This document shows, piece by piece, positions 1 through 12,640 of a stretch of 64,000 nucleotides of DNA. Location of the stretch: the NCBI GenBank assembly GCA_964304625.1, contig OZ199840.1, positions 1,568,959-1,632,958 on the forward strand. The letters are read 5' to 3'. Both the position numbers and the translations under genes were made by a program. Origin of the DNA: Kudoa neothunni. Taxonomy: Eukaryota; Animalia; Cnidaria. The first letter of the stretch is position 1. Every line of letters starts with the position of its first letter. The notes beneath the pieces were generated by a model, which saw only the letters and a program-made list of their open reading frames with translations, searched no databases and was not told where the DNA came from.

Positions 1-377
1 AATTAAAAAAAACCATCGTTTAACGAATTGTGATTTTGATTTAATCGAATACAATCATGTGTTTTCCCAAAATTTTTTCTCTAAATTATCTTCATCCGTA
101 TTGCCCATAAGTTTATTGTTGTGTTTTAAAATAATTTTATACATAACGTAAAGTTTGATCTGATATTTATTTTTATTTGGAATCATTACACCGCAATATA
201 AGACATCCTTACTCCAGTTATTTATGAACCTTCTTAGTTATATCAAAAAAATCACAAATAATGCAGCGAATAAATATAATGTTGTTATTGAATCTGTTCA
301 ACAGCTTTTATCCATAAAATTTATTCTACCTTAAATTTGTAAATGAAACTATAACGTTAATTTATTAAAAAAACTAA

Positions 378-380
<3 letters not shown>

Positions 381-419
<39 letters not shown>
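381..419. repeat. (TA)n microsatellite
   Basis: Seen directly; absent from the homologous position in the other units. Confidence 0.95.
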
Positions 420-420
<1 letters not shown>

Positions 421-686
421 CTCTTTAATATTAAGTTTATTAGAAATGAACTTCACCAAGGATAAAACGGATAAGGTTATTCCTAAGTAATAATTTTATT
501 TTATGTCCGTTTATCATGAAAAGTTACACATTTTATCAATTAAATAGGTAGATTAGTATTAGTATTTTTATTTTGTTTATCAGTAATATGAGGTATGATA
601 TGTGTAATACTTTGATTTTTGAATTTAATTTAATTATTTTAATAGTAACACGAATAGTATTATTTGGTTGATGAATAATAGTGATC

Positions 687-719
687 TATATACGATAGAC
701 AAATAAACAAATACGATTT
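687..719 (+). promoter_or_regulatory. Putative core promoter of the Kunitz genes (TATATACGA, then CGATTT ~26 nt later)
   Basis: Present ~60-65 nt before the ATG in all four tandem copies and also in divergent paralog 5 (39804-39834), whose other upstream DNA does not align. Confidence 0.6.
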
Positions 720-750
720 TCTCTAATCCCATACATAAAATTTCAACACA

Positions 751-2143
751 ATGAAACATTTAATAATAATTTCTATTGCTTTGACACTTTACAGAATTAA
801 TTCAGGTTTTTAGCCTTTGAAAATCATAATTAATTTTTCAATAGTGCCTTCGTTGAGTACGTATGATATGTCACAAGGAGAACGGCCTCACTGGGCGACT
901 GGTGAACAAGATTTCTCCGTCAGGAGATGGTATGTGGATAAAACAACTGCTTCTTGTCGTACCTTCACTTACTTGGGTAACGGTGGTAATGAGAATAATT
1001 TTGCGACTCGAGAAGAATGCGAAGAACATTGTAAGCTCATTTATTATGTGTAATTTGTGATGGAAAAAACAGTTAAATTCACCCCGGAAGAACAAATACA
1101 TGCTTGTGCTGAAAAAATGGACAAGGGAAAATGTTCATTAGCAGAAGATAAAATGTTAGACAGGTGGTACTTTAAAAAAACAACTTCGGATAGTAAAACA
1201 ACTGGAACTTGTGAAGCTTTCAAATATAATGGCTGTGGTGGTAATGCAAACAATTTTCTCACAAAAGAAGATTGTTTAAAAGCATGTCAAAGTAATTTTG
1301 TGTATTTGGATGGTCTTTGATTAGAAATAGATAATATAATACCAAGTGTTAGTGCAGAAGCTCCCACTGATACTCCACAAAGCGAAATATACTCCGTTCC
1401 GAATGACTTTGACTGCCATGTAAGAGAGCAAGTGGACTCCGATAATCCCGATGTTAAAATAGTTCTGCATCCCAATGGCCATCAATGTATTTATAGTGCG
1501 ATAAAGAAAGATGCCAAACGAGGTTTCTTTACCACCTTTCAAGAATGTGCTGGTCATTGCATACGTAATTATCAATAATTAAGATATTTCTGTATTGAAT
1601 TTTAGCGCCAGAAAAACAAATTGAAGCTTGCAAGAGAAATGGTCCTGATCAAATGTTAGGCACTGGTAATAGTGATTCACCAAACCCTGTCAAAGAGAGA
1701 TACTACTATGACAAAAATGCACAAATGTGTATTCGTTTTCACAGCTTCGCAAATAAGGACGGAAGTAGTGACTTTAACTTATCCGAGAATCGATTCCCCA
1801 CTCTAGAAATGTGTTTGAGCTACTGTCCTGCAAGTATTTAATTGCAAAGAAATTTTCATTGGATTCTTATTAATATTTAGCAAAGCAACCTAATCCAATT
1901 GAAGCTATTGAAGTGTGTTCATTGCCAAAAGCGGGAGATGGGACCTCAACCACTTCCAACAACGGAATACTCGATGTGACACGTTATTTTTACAATTCCA
2001 AAAAAACTACACCTGTATGTGAAGAATTCAAATATGGAGGTCTGAATGGAAATTATAACAATTTTGAAAGCCTTGATGATTGTCAAACCATCTGTGAGAC
2101 TCCTTTAGCTGCAGCAATACACGAACTGGCCAAAGAAGCATAA
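751..2143 (+). CDS. Secreted five-Kunitz-domain protein, copy 1 (intact, 6 exons, ~394 aa)
   Basis: Exons 751-805, 845-1030, 1073-1291, 1331-1564, 1606-1833, 1881-2143 join through GT-AG introns of 39-47 nt, all phase 1, into one open frame. Signal peptide [18 protein letters not shown]; Kunitz motifs RWY..C..F.Y.G.GGN.NNF....C (e.g. [26 protein letters not shown]). Confidence 0.9.
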
Positions 2144-2552
2144 TTCTCTATTCTATTTTATAAAGTTTAATTAATTTTTATAGTAAATTTTCTATCTCAC
2201 AAAATTTGAATTGGTTTATAAATCCAATACAATTCTTTAGCTATGTGCCAAAGAAGACAATCGAAATTATAGAATATTTTCTTTAAATTAGTTATTTTTC
2301 AATTATTTATGCTATTTACATATGGAAAGTGTAAATGCCAAATTTCTAGAAATAAGTAGATATATAGATATATAGAAATAATAAAATTATATATTTAATA
2401 TTTAGAATGTTTCATAATATAATACTAAAAGATAGATAATAGAATAATATTTGGACTCAATACTAATAGAATTATTATTAACTAGGATTAATATATTAAT
2501 TTGAGTGAGAAAAATCGTGAGTTTTTTCTGAGGCATTATATGAGATTTAGAA

Positions 2553-3290
2553 CAGGGCTTCCAATTGGAGGATTGGAGACTCGCCTAGAGTCAACGAATA
2601 AACTGTATGGATTAGCAAGATTTTTACATAATGTATCGATTCTAAGTAATCAGAATCTCCCATGAAAATATATCATGTGCGACTTGTGCGCAATCGAAGC
2701 TGAAATAAGTCTGATAAACAAATAGTCTTTTGACGAATTTTACAATTAATGTATATTTTTGATCTACTATTTTGTATTTATTAGTATGTGAAATTAAAAT
2801 AATAATTTTTTTATTTTTCATTCGTATATAATTTATGAAATTATTTCCTTTAATGGTAAAGATAAACTACTTATTAAATGTTTTAAAAAGGGCTGTATGA
2901 TCATAAATTGTATTATTTATTATTTTTAAGTAAACTACAAGTTAATTAAGAATTAAAATTTAATAAGAATCGAGATTGTTATTTATTTGTTTGTTAAATT
3001 GTTATACTACAAATTAAAATCAATTTAAACTAAAAATTTATATTACAGAATGGGCCACTTGTTTTATAGCATTTAATTTTTATGATTAAAGCAAAAATAT
3101 TGCATAATCGAAAATTTGGCGAAGACGTCATTATTCACATCGAATAATTTGCACAAAAATAATAACATATCTAGCTCAGTTTCAAATTATAATTCATTCA
3201 TCTCTTTGTCTAACAGAGTCCCATTTTGACATAATTATTGTCTAAATAAGACAAGGAAAAAATCCAAAACATTTATTTTATTCGCATTTT
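2553..3290 (+). mobile_element. Old dispersed DNA-transposon relic (possibly hAT) inside each tandem unit
   Basis: Also at ~10070-10850 and ~14448-15240, and as an inverted, more diverged copy outside the array at ~57820-58505 (shared GAGACTC, AGAATCTC, AATCGAAGC.GAAATA, TTCACATCG, TATCTAG blocks). Starts CAGGGC. Right end not resolved. Confidence 0.55.
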
Positions 3291-5105
3291 TTTCTAATGA
3301 AAGTAGACGACTTTTTTCTTTTTATTGTAACATTAATAAAAACATTTTCCCACCTAAAAATAAAAATTCATTCTTTTGAAATCTCTTTTTTGAGACGGGG
3401 TGCAGAAACTAAAATTAATTAGGGAGCTGACTTATTACATCCCATATGTATTGATGAGTGTGGTTTTAATTTCATATTATGTTTGAAATTTTGTAGAAAC
3501 AGCTAACAAATGAGACAACTTTTCGCTGTTCAATATTTCAATTAAATGAATATTTTGTGATGAGATTTTTATTATTTCGAATTAATTGTTTCAATTGCTT
3601 AATTGGAGATTATTTACTCAAAATTTTATATAAAGTTTTGCATGAACCATATTCTTTACAATATATTTATATTTATTTGAATGGAGAAACAATGATTAAT
3701 TTAGTATGAAAAATTTCAATTTAAGAATATCATTATTTAGAAATTATAGGATTTATTTAATTAAATTATAAATATACGTCAATAAATTACGAATAAATTG
3801 AAAAAAATAATTATTAATGCCATTTAAATGCGCGAAATTCATTTTTGTAATTTCTCGAGTGCAGAGCTAAAGTAGATTCTTGTGTCTCGCTATTGAGCCG
3901 TCGTTCCTAGAATTAAATTTGTTAGAGGATCGCATCTTTATTTGGAGGTCGTAATTTATATCTGCTTTTAATTTAAGAAATTATTATTTATTATCGTAAA
4001 AGTTGCTAATTATGGTGTCTTTTTAAAAATTTACTTAATAAGTTTGATAAATGCAACTAGAAAACAAGGGGCTACATAAGGTTACTACTGGTCAACCTAA
4101 TGCGCGGGAAAAAATTGGGTTTATTTCCCAATTTTAAATTATTTAAAAATTTCTGACAAGAAATCTCTAACAATGCACTTCAAATTCAGGGAAATCTTAT
4201 TTGAATCAATTTTTTAAATAATTTCTTCGATATTAAAATAGAATACAGCGTGATAAATAATCTAACATTTTTTTTTGATAAATAAAATTCTGAATTTAAT
4301 CAAAATCATCGTTAAACGAATTATAATTATGGTTATATTTAATAAATTACAGTCTTGTCTTTTTCTATATTTCGTTCATTGAATTATCTTTATTCGTAAT
4401 TCCTGTTTTTTATTGAGTTTTAAAATAATTTTAGATATTACATAATTTTTGTCCGATACTTAAATTATTTTTTGGATGTTATAAATCTCAATATAGACAT
4501 CCTTACTCCAGTTATTTGTGAACCCTATTAGTTATTTAAAATAGTTCACAAATAACTCGGCACATAAACGTAATGTTATTAATAATCTTCTGTGGCCGTT
4601 ATCCATACAATTTATTCTATCTTAAATTTGTAAACGAAACTGTAACGTTGATTCATCCAAAAGAACTAATTTGTTATAGCTCTTAGATATTAAATTTATT
4701 AGAAATAAAATTCGCCAAAGATAAATGACCAAAATTGTTTCTATGTACAGTCGAACCTCGATTATGCAGAAACTTTGGCACCGGTGATTTTCTTTCCGAT
4801 TAGCGAAGTTCCGGTTATTGGAACATAAACAATGTAGCGCGCGCAACTTATTGGAAACAATTGATTATTTTGATTGTTTATTTGATTTTTAAAAAAAATT
4901 TATACTATTTATTAACTAAAATATTTTAACTTTTGAAGTTTAAATTAAAAACGTTGACATGTCTATTAACCCTTCAGAGACGATCTTCGGAGAGTCACAT
5001 AGAGGTTGAACTGGGCTCCAGGAGCCCAGTCGGATTAGTTTAATCATTTTAGGGTTCAACAATTAATCGGTTAACCATCTTCAGGCTTTATTAACACATC
5101 AAAGA

Positions 5106-5588
5106 TAGACTTGCAAATTTCGGGATTCGGTATTTTTCATATTTTAAAATCTCGGGATGGGAGACTTTTTTGGGGATTTTTTTTGATTTCTTTAAATTTG
5201 TTATATTATTTCGTTCTCACCTTATTTTGAGAAATAATTAACATTATTCGATTAACTTTATGCTCTGATTGGGTATGTTTATGAAGTCTCTTATTAATAA
5301 TTAATAAATATTTTTCTCAAAAATAAATGTACATTTTCACTTGATGATCCTGATTTTTAATCCGTTCTGTATCCACGACCCACCATTCAACATACGTGAA
5401 AGAAGACATACAACTTCTTGCTTATTTGAAAGTCGGTGAACGAATCGAAATGCATTTGGAGCACTAGGGGATAGATCATTGTAATTGTCATTGTTATAGT
5501 ATTTCATATTTTAAAATAAATATTTGGTTAAAAAATCGAACTATTATAAAGATTTTTTTTCTGGAAAATCCCGAAATTTGTAAATCTA
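5106..5588. mobile_element. hAT-type MITE (483 bp)
   Basis: 22-bp TIRs TAGACTTGCAAATTTCGGGATT vs TAGATTTACAAATTTCGGGATT (2 mismatches); 8-bp TSD ATCAAAGA/ATTAAAGA. Confidence 0.8.
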
Positions 5589-6285
5589 ATTAAAGAGATC
5601 TTATCGTTGAATGTCACATTTTACACACTGATTCAGACTAATACAATTTTAAATTGAAATTAAATATTTTTAAAATTTGCTTAGATACATTCGTCGCAAA
5701 TTGTAAAAAAAAAACAAGTTCAATTTCGGATAACATATCGAATAATAAAGTAAATATGATTCTAATAGATTTTTTTAATTTCTTTTTTACTTGCATGTTA
5801 TTTAAATGAAATTGGATAAACTTCAATTAGAATAAAATACCGAAAAATTACTATAAGGTTTTCTATTCTTATTCCAACATCATAATCAGTCTCTTATTTT
5901 AATTGTTTTTTGTTTATACCTAATTGTAATTCTATTAAAAACGTAAAATATTTTTAAAATGTTTGTTTATATTTTATTATTAATACGCAATTTTACATTA
6001 ATATAGTTATCAGTTAAAATGTATCAATAGGTGAACGGTCTAATAAATAGAAGCAGTTACGTAACGATTGAATCAAATAGAAATCAATGGTAGATTCATT
6101 AAAATCTTCAGAAGTTTCATTCAACTCATCAGACACAATGCTTTCAGTGTTGGATGGATAGAGAACACTGGAACTAATAAGATCTATTATTGTAAGTAGA
6201 AATCACATATAAGAAATCAATTGCACATAAAACCAGGAAATAAAGGATATAGAAATAATCCACATTAGTTAAAAACTCAAATTAA

Positions 6286-7445
6286 CCTTCTAATGAATTT
6301 TGGGGTAAATTTTTACCACAAAAGAATTTATTGGTTGTATACCTGATTTTTTTCTCATCATTAGACAACATTTTTTTCTAATTTTTCAAAAATGTGAATA
6401 ATATGATTTTAAAATATTATGACTAAAAATATAAAATCAGAAAAATTATACCAAGATTACAGGATTACGCTCCAATGAATTTTGGGGGTAAAAAAATTAA
6501 TCCAGTTTTTATTACATTAATTAATACACAAAATAATTGTTATTACTTAGGTAAAATTTTAAATTATCTGAAGATAGATTTGAAGTTATACGGTTATTAC
6601 CTCTACCTGTGATCACATGACACCAGGTTTTTTTATTATATCATTGCGTAAATGGAATTGGATTTCACCAATAATAATTAAAATGATGAATAAAATTCTT
6701 TTTAATTGATTATGAATACTTTACAAATTTTGTGTCATAAGAATCTGAAGAGATTGAAAACTTTGAGAATTGGGGTCAATAATGACGACTTATGGTGTTG
6801 TTTTTTCTATTTAATGGATTTATTAGTTATAAATGCACTTTTCATATACCAAAAAACTTGGGAGATAATATAGTTTGGGAGAAAGGTTTTGAAATAAGTT
6901 AAAGTTATCATATCTTTACATTAATGGAAAGGAACAGCCGTGAAGCCCAATGTCCTAAGAGCTAAACCTGATCTATTCTGCCATAACTCAGTACAACAAA
7001 TAAATTGAACAATATTTCAAGGTTTGAATGTTCTTTACAGCGAATTGATAAGAAAACCCACTAGTGCTTGTTTCAGGTGTATGGAAACTGTTACAAAAAT
7101 CATCCTGGATGTATGCGAACCTTATTCTCATTAAATGTTCTATTTTGTTGCGAAAATAATAATTAAATATTTATTACATGATATAAATTTGAAATATACT
7201 CAATCATTAAACATTAATTAAAAAATTGTCATTGCGGATTTTAACGAATACAGTTTTCGTAAAATTATGCGGATTACTACTCCGTTGTGAGTTGTTTTAC
7301 AGCTGAATCTAGCCGTGGGATTTTTCCCATTTTTATTTTCTGTAATCAAATAATTTTTTAATGATTTCGAATGAAGAAATATAAATCTAGGGTAACTATA
7401 CCCCAAAATTCATCGGAATGCAGTCGATTTTTAATACATTAGAGG
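6286..7445 (+). mobile_element. Second piggyBac-type deletion derivative nested in the 4970-7586 element
   Basis: Ends TTAA|CCTTCTAATG … CATTAGAGG|TTGA. Subterminal ATGAATTTTGGGGTA at both ends with asymmetric spacing. Cys-rich piggyBac-like C-terminal remnant (KKPTSACFRCME) at ~7050-7120. Confidence 0.65.
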
Positions 7446-8273
7446 TTGAAATCAAGAGAAAAATTTTTTCATTAACAATATTAATCTTAGAAAATATAGT
7501 ATAATGAATTTACATGAAATTCAAGATTAAAAACGCCAATTTAATGAGCGGGGTGACTCGTGGAGCCCATGATTATCTACCAAGGGTTAACTAAGATTAT
7601 AGAGAATTAAACGAAAAACAATTCATAAATATTACAGTTCTTGCACATCTACTGAGGAGGTATCTACTTTTTTAATAAGCGATAATTAATGTTCGTTGAA
7701 TATACATACAGGGCATCTGTTCAGATATAGCGCAAATTTTATATAAAAACTGAATTCTTAAGTTTTAAAAGTAAAATTTATTAATAAATAACCTAGAACT
7801 ATTTTAGTTTTAAATATTGCGTAGGTATATATGCCACAATTGTATATGTCGTACGGTAATGGGTGTTACTTTTATCCTTAAATATGATCAAATAGTTCTT
7901 CCGGTTTCAGTATAATCGAATATTTGTCTACACCTAATGTCAACAAAATCCAAATTAAATTTAAAATTTCTTCCGTATAGCGCGAATTCCGAATAATCGA
8001 GGTTCGACTGTACTTTTTTTATTTTATGTCCGTTTATTATGAAAGGTTACACATTTTATCAATTAAATAGGTAGATTAATATTTGTATTTTAATTTTGTT
8101 TATCACTACTATAAAGTAGGATAATAGGTTGTTTTTTGACTTTGAACTTCATTTAATTACTTTAATAGTATTTACGAATAGTATTATTTGTTTGAAGAAT
8201 AATAGTGTTCTATATACGACAGGCAAATGAACAAGTACGATTTTCTTTAATCCTATACATAAAATATCAAGCA

Positions 8274-9674
8274 ATGAAATATTTAATAATTATTTTAATT
8301 GCTTTAATATTTTCTAGAATAAATTCAGGTTTTTAGCCATTCGAAGCAATAATTAATTTCGCAATAGTTTCCTTCACTGAGTGAGTATGAGCTATCAGAA
8401 GGTGAAAAACCTCATTGGGCTACTGGAACTCAGGATTTCTCCGTAAGGAGGATGGTATGTGGATAAAACAACTGCTATTTGTCGTACATTTACTTATTTG
8501 GGTAACGGCGGCAATGAGAATAACTTTGCAACACGAGAGGAATGTGAGCAGCATTGTATGCTGATTTATTATATGGTATTTGTGATTATAAAATTAGTTA
8601 GATTCACACCGGAAGAACAAATACATGATTGTGCTAAAGGAAAGCCAATTGGAGCTGTTCATTGGAAGGAGATAAAATGTTAGACAGGTGGTACTTTAAA
8701 CGAGATACTTCGGATAGTAAAACAACTGGAACTTGTGAAACTTTCAAATATAACGGTTGTGGTGGTAATGCAAACAATTTTCTAACAAAGGAAGATTGTT
8801 TAAAAGCCTGCCAAAGTAATTTTGTGTAGTTCAATAGTCTTTTTATTAGAAATAGATGATAAAATAAATGGTATTAGTGCAGTGGCTCCCGATGATACTC
8901 CTGAAAGGGAAAAATACCTCGTTCCGAATGATTTTGACTGTCATGTAAGAGAGCAAGTGGACACCCATGATCCCGATGTTAAAATAGTTCTACATCCCAA
9001 TGGCCACCAATGTATTTATAGTGCGATAAAGAAAAATGCCGAAAGAGGTTTCTTTACCCACCTTTCAGGAATGTGTCGGTTTTTGCATACGTAAATTATT
9101 AATAATTAAGATATTTCTATAATGAATTTTAGCAATTGAAAAACAAATTGAAGCTTGCAAGAGAGATGGTCCCGATCAAATGTTTAGGCACTGGTAGTGC
9201 CGAATCGCAAGGTCCTGTAAAAGAAAGATACTACTATGACAAAAATGCACAAATGTGTATTCGTTTTTCATAGCTTTGCAAATAAGGACGGAAGTAGTGA
9301 CTTTAACTTATCCGAGAATCGATTCCCTACTTTAGAAATGTGTTTGAGCTATTGTCCTGCAAGTATTTAATTGCAAATGAATTTTCATTCGATTCTGATT
9401 AATATTTAGCAAAGCAACCTAATCCAATTGAAGCTATTGAAGTGTGTTCTTTGCCTAAAGCGGGAGAGAAAATTACCCTCCTCATCTACAAACGGAATAC
9501 TTGATGAAAAACGTTATTTTTACAATTCCAGAATAACTCCACCTGTATGCGAAGAATTCAAATATGGAGGTCTGAATGGAAACTATAACAATTTTGATAC
9601 CATAGAAGATTGTAAAGCAATCTGTCAGACCCCCTTAGCTACAAACGGAAACTGTATCAACTGAAGTCGTATAA
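8274..9674 (+). CDS. Five-Kunitz-domain protein, copy 2 (several 1-nt indels; pseudogene or assembly error)
   Basis: Colinear with copy 1 over all six exons with splice sites retained. Single-base indels near 8368, 8450, 8655, 9068, 9185, 9268, 9458 and 9644 break the frame. Confidence 0.8.
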
Positions 9675-12640
9675 TTGTCAGTACTATTAAATTTTAAAAA
9701 ATTGAATCATTTATTTAGTAAATTTTTTATTTCATATAACATTAAATTTTGTTAGTAAATCTATCCAATTCTATTGTTAAATATCAAAAAAAGAAATCAA
9801 AGTTATAAGATATTTACAATAAATTAGCTTGTTTCAATTATTTTTGCAATCTATGTATGTAAAGAATAAATTTCAAGTTTTTAGAAATAATAAATATAGT
9901 AAAACGTTAAATTTAATATTTTGAGTGATGTATAATATAATATTAAAAGATAGTGATGAAATAATATTTGAACTCAGTACGAATGACATTATTATTAACT
10001 AAGATTAATATATTAATTTGATTTAGAAAAATTACGAATTTTTTCTGAGGCATTATATGAGGTTTGGAACAGGACTTTCCGATTTGGGATACCGGAGATA
10101 GTTACTGGGGTTCCGAGACTCACATTTTAGAGCCAACGAAAAAAACTGTATATATAAGAAGGCATTGTAAATAATGTATCAGTTCTAAGTAATCAGAATC
10201 TCTCCCCAAAAATATATGTTTGATTCGTGCGCAATCGAAGCTGAAATATGTCTGATAAACAAATAGTCAATGATGAATTTTACAATTAGTGTATATTTTA
10301 GATCTACTATTATGTAGTTATTAGTATATGAAATAAAAATAACCCTTTTTTTTCATTCATAAATAAATTATTTAGTAATAATTTTAAATGGTAAAACGTA
10401 AAAAAATTATTAAATTTTTTCTTCTAATGATGAAGATAAACTACCTATTAAGTATTTTAAAAAGGGTTGTATAATCAAAAATTGTATTATTTATTATTTT
10501 TAAGTAAATATAAGGTAACTAAAATTGAAATTTAATAAGGATCGAGATTAAGTTATTTGGGTTTTTTTGTTAAAAATGTTTAAAATTTTTATACTACAAA
10601 TTAAAATCAATTTAAACTAAAAATTTATATTACAGAATGGGACACTTGTTTTTTCGCATTTAATTTTTATATAATTAAAACAAAAAATTTTGCGGAGAAG
10701 CCACTATCGACATCTGATATTTTGTACAAAAATATATACATATCTAGGCTTATTTTCAAATTATGATTTATTCATCTCTGTCTAAGGAAGAGTCCTATTT
10801 TGACATAATTATTGTCCAAATAAGATAAGAAAAAAAATTCAAAGCACTTATTTTATTATCAGTTTTATTTATTTTGTTTCGCATTTATTGTAAAAGTAGA
10901 CAGCTTTCTTTTTAATGTAATTTTAATAAAAATATTTTCCCACCTAAAAATTAATTCATTTTAAATCTCTTTTTTGAGGCGGGGTACAAAAACTAAAATG
11001 AATCTGGGAGCGCTGGCTTAATATGTACTTTATGTATTGTTGAGTGTGTCGTTAATTTTATTTTATGTTTGAATGTTAATAATAACAACCCTACCGATGA
11101 GAAAACGTTTCGGTGCTCCTTTATTTTTATTTTTATTAGGATTTTATTTTATTTAATCCATATTTTGTGATGTTTTTATATTGAATTAATTATTTCAATT
11201 GCTTAATTGAAGTTTATTTATTAAAAATTTTTAATAAAGTTTTTCCATTAATCTATTCTTTACAATATATTAATATTTATCTGAATGAAGACATAATGAT
11301 TAATTTAATGTAATCAGTTTAAAATTAAGAAGATAATTATTAATAATTATACGGTTTATTCAAATAAATTATAAATTTTCGCCAATAAATCACGAATAAA
11401 TATCAAAAATAATTGTTAATGATGTTTAAATGCGAGAAATTAATTTCTGTAGTTTCCCGAGTGCAGAGCTATACTGTATTCTTGTGTCTTGCTATTGAGT
11501 AGCCATTTCTAGAATTAAATTTGTGAGTAGATAGCATCTATTTTTGAAGGTTGTAATTTATTTCTTCTTTAATTCGGGAAATTAACAAATTCTTCTTCTT
11601 TTTTTTCATAAAAAGTGTCAATTATGATGTCAATATTAAGACTTACTAAATAAGCTCTGAAGTATTGATAACTGCAACTAGAGAGCAAAGAGCCTCATAG
11701 GTGGTAAATGATTACCCTACGTGCGGGAAAAAATAGGGTTTACTTCTAAGAGTGGAATTATTTAAAAATCATAGACAAGAAATCTCGAACAATTTAATTC
11801 AGATTTCGAACAGTCTATCTTGAACTAATTTTTATTTAAAACACAATTGCTTTGATCTTAATATTGAATATAGCGTGATAAATAATCTTACATTTTGAGA
11901 TAAAATTTTGAATTTAAAATAAAACAATCGTTTAATAAAATATAATAATGGTTTTATTTGATTAATTACAAATATTGTTTTTTTCTATATTATGTTCATT
12001 GAATTACCTTTATCCGTAATTCCCATAAGTTTATTTTTGAGTTTAAAATAATTTAAGACTACGTAATTTTTGATCGGGTATTTCATTCATATATCGTACG
12101 TTTTTACGCCCGAATCTAACACATCCTTACTAAAGAAATTCATGAAACTTCTTAGTTATATAAAATAGATCACCAATAATGCGGCACATAAACATAATGC
12201 TATTAACCATCTTTTGCAGCAGTTATCCATTAAATTTATTATATCTAAATTTATAAATGAAATCATAACGTTGATATATTCAGAAGAACAACTTTTATAT
12301 AGCTCTTAGATATTAAAATTTATTAGAAATTAAACCCATCAAAGACAAAACGACATAAGTTACTTCCAATTATTAATTTTATTTTATAGTCTTTAGTTAT
12401 GAAAATTTCCACATTTCATCCATTAAATAAGTAGATTACTATTTATATTTCAGTTTTGTTTATCACTACTATAAAGTACGATAAGAGATGGAATTTTGAC
12501 TTTTGAACTTCATTTAATTACTTTATTAATACTAAAGTTCACGAACTGTATTATTTTGTTGATGAATAGTAGTGATCTATATACGATGGGCGAATGAAAA
12601 AGTACGATTTTCTCTAATCCTATATATAGAATATTAAGAA

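Larger units (their letters stand above)
4970..7586. mobile_element. piggyBac-type non-autonomous element nested in the pogo element
   Basis: TTAA|CCCTT … AAGGG|TTAA ends. The subterminal palindrome TGGGCTCCA(G/C)GAG occurs at both ends with unequal spacers, as in piggyBac. Confidence 0.7.
4748..8010 (-). mobile_element. pogo/Tigger-type non-autonomous element, outermost layer of a nest
   Basis: Perfect 18-bp TIRs CAGTCGAACCTCGATTAT / ATAATCGAGGTTCGACTG flanked by TA. The empty site is visible in unit 1 at ~480-500. Minus-strand remnant resembling a KQSKI..F transposase C-terminus near 4850-4880. Confidence 0.88.

Noticed and set aside
1830-1835. Possible GC-AG donor (GCAAGT) in the Kunitz genes
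   Set aside because: Only the GT at 1834 gives the phase-1 junction needed by the last exon.
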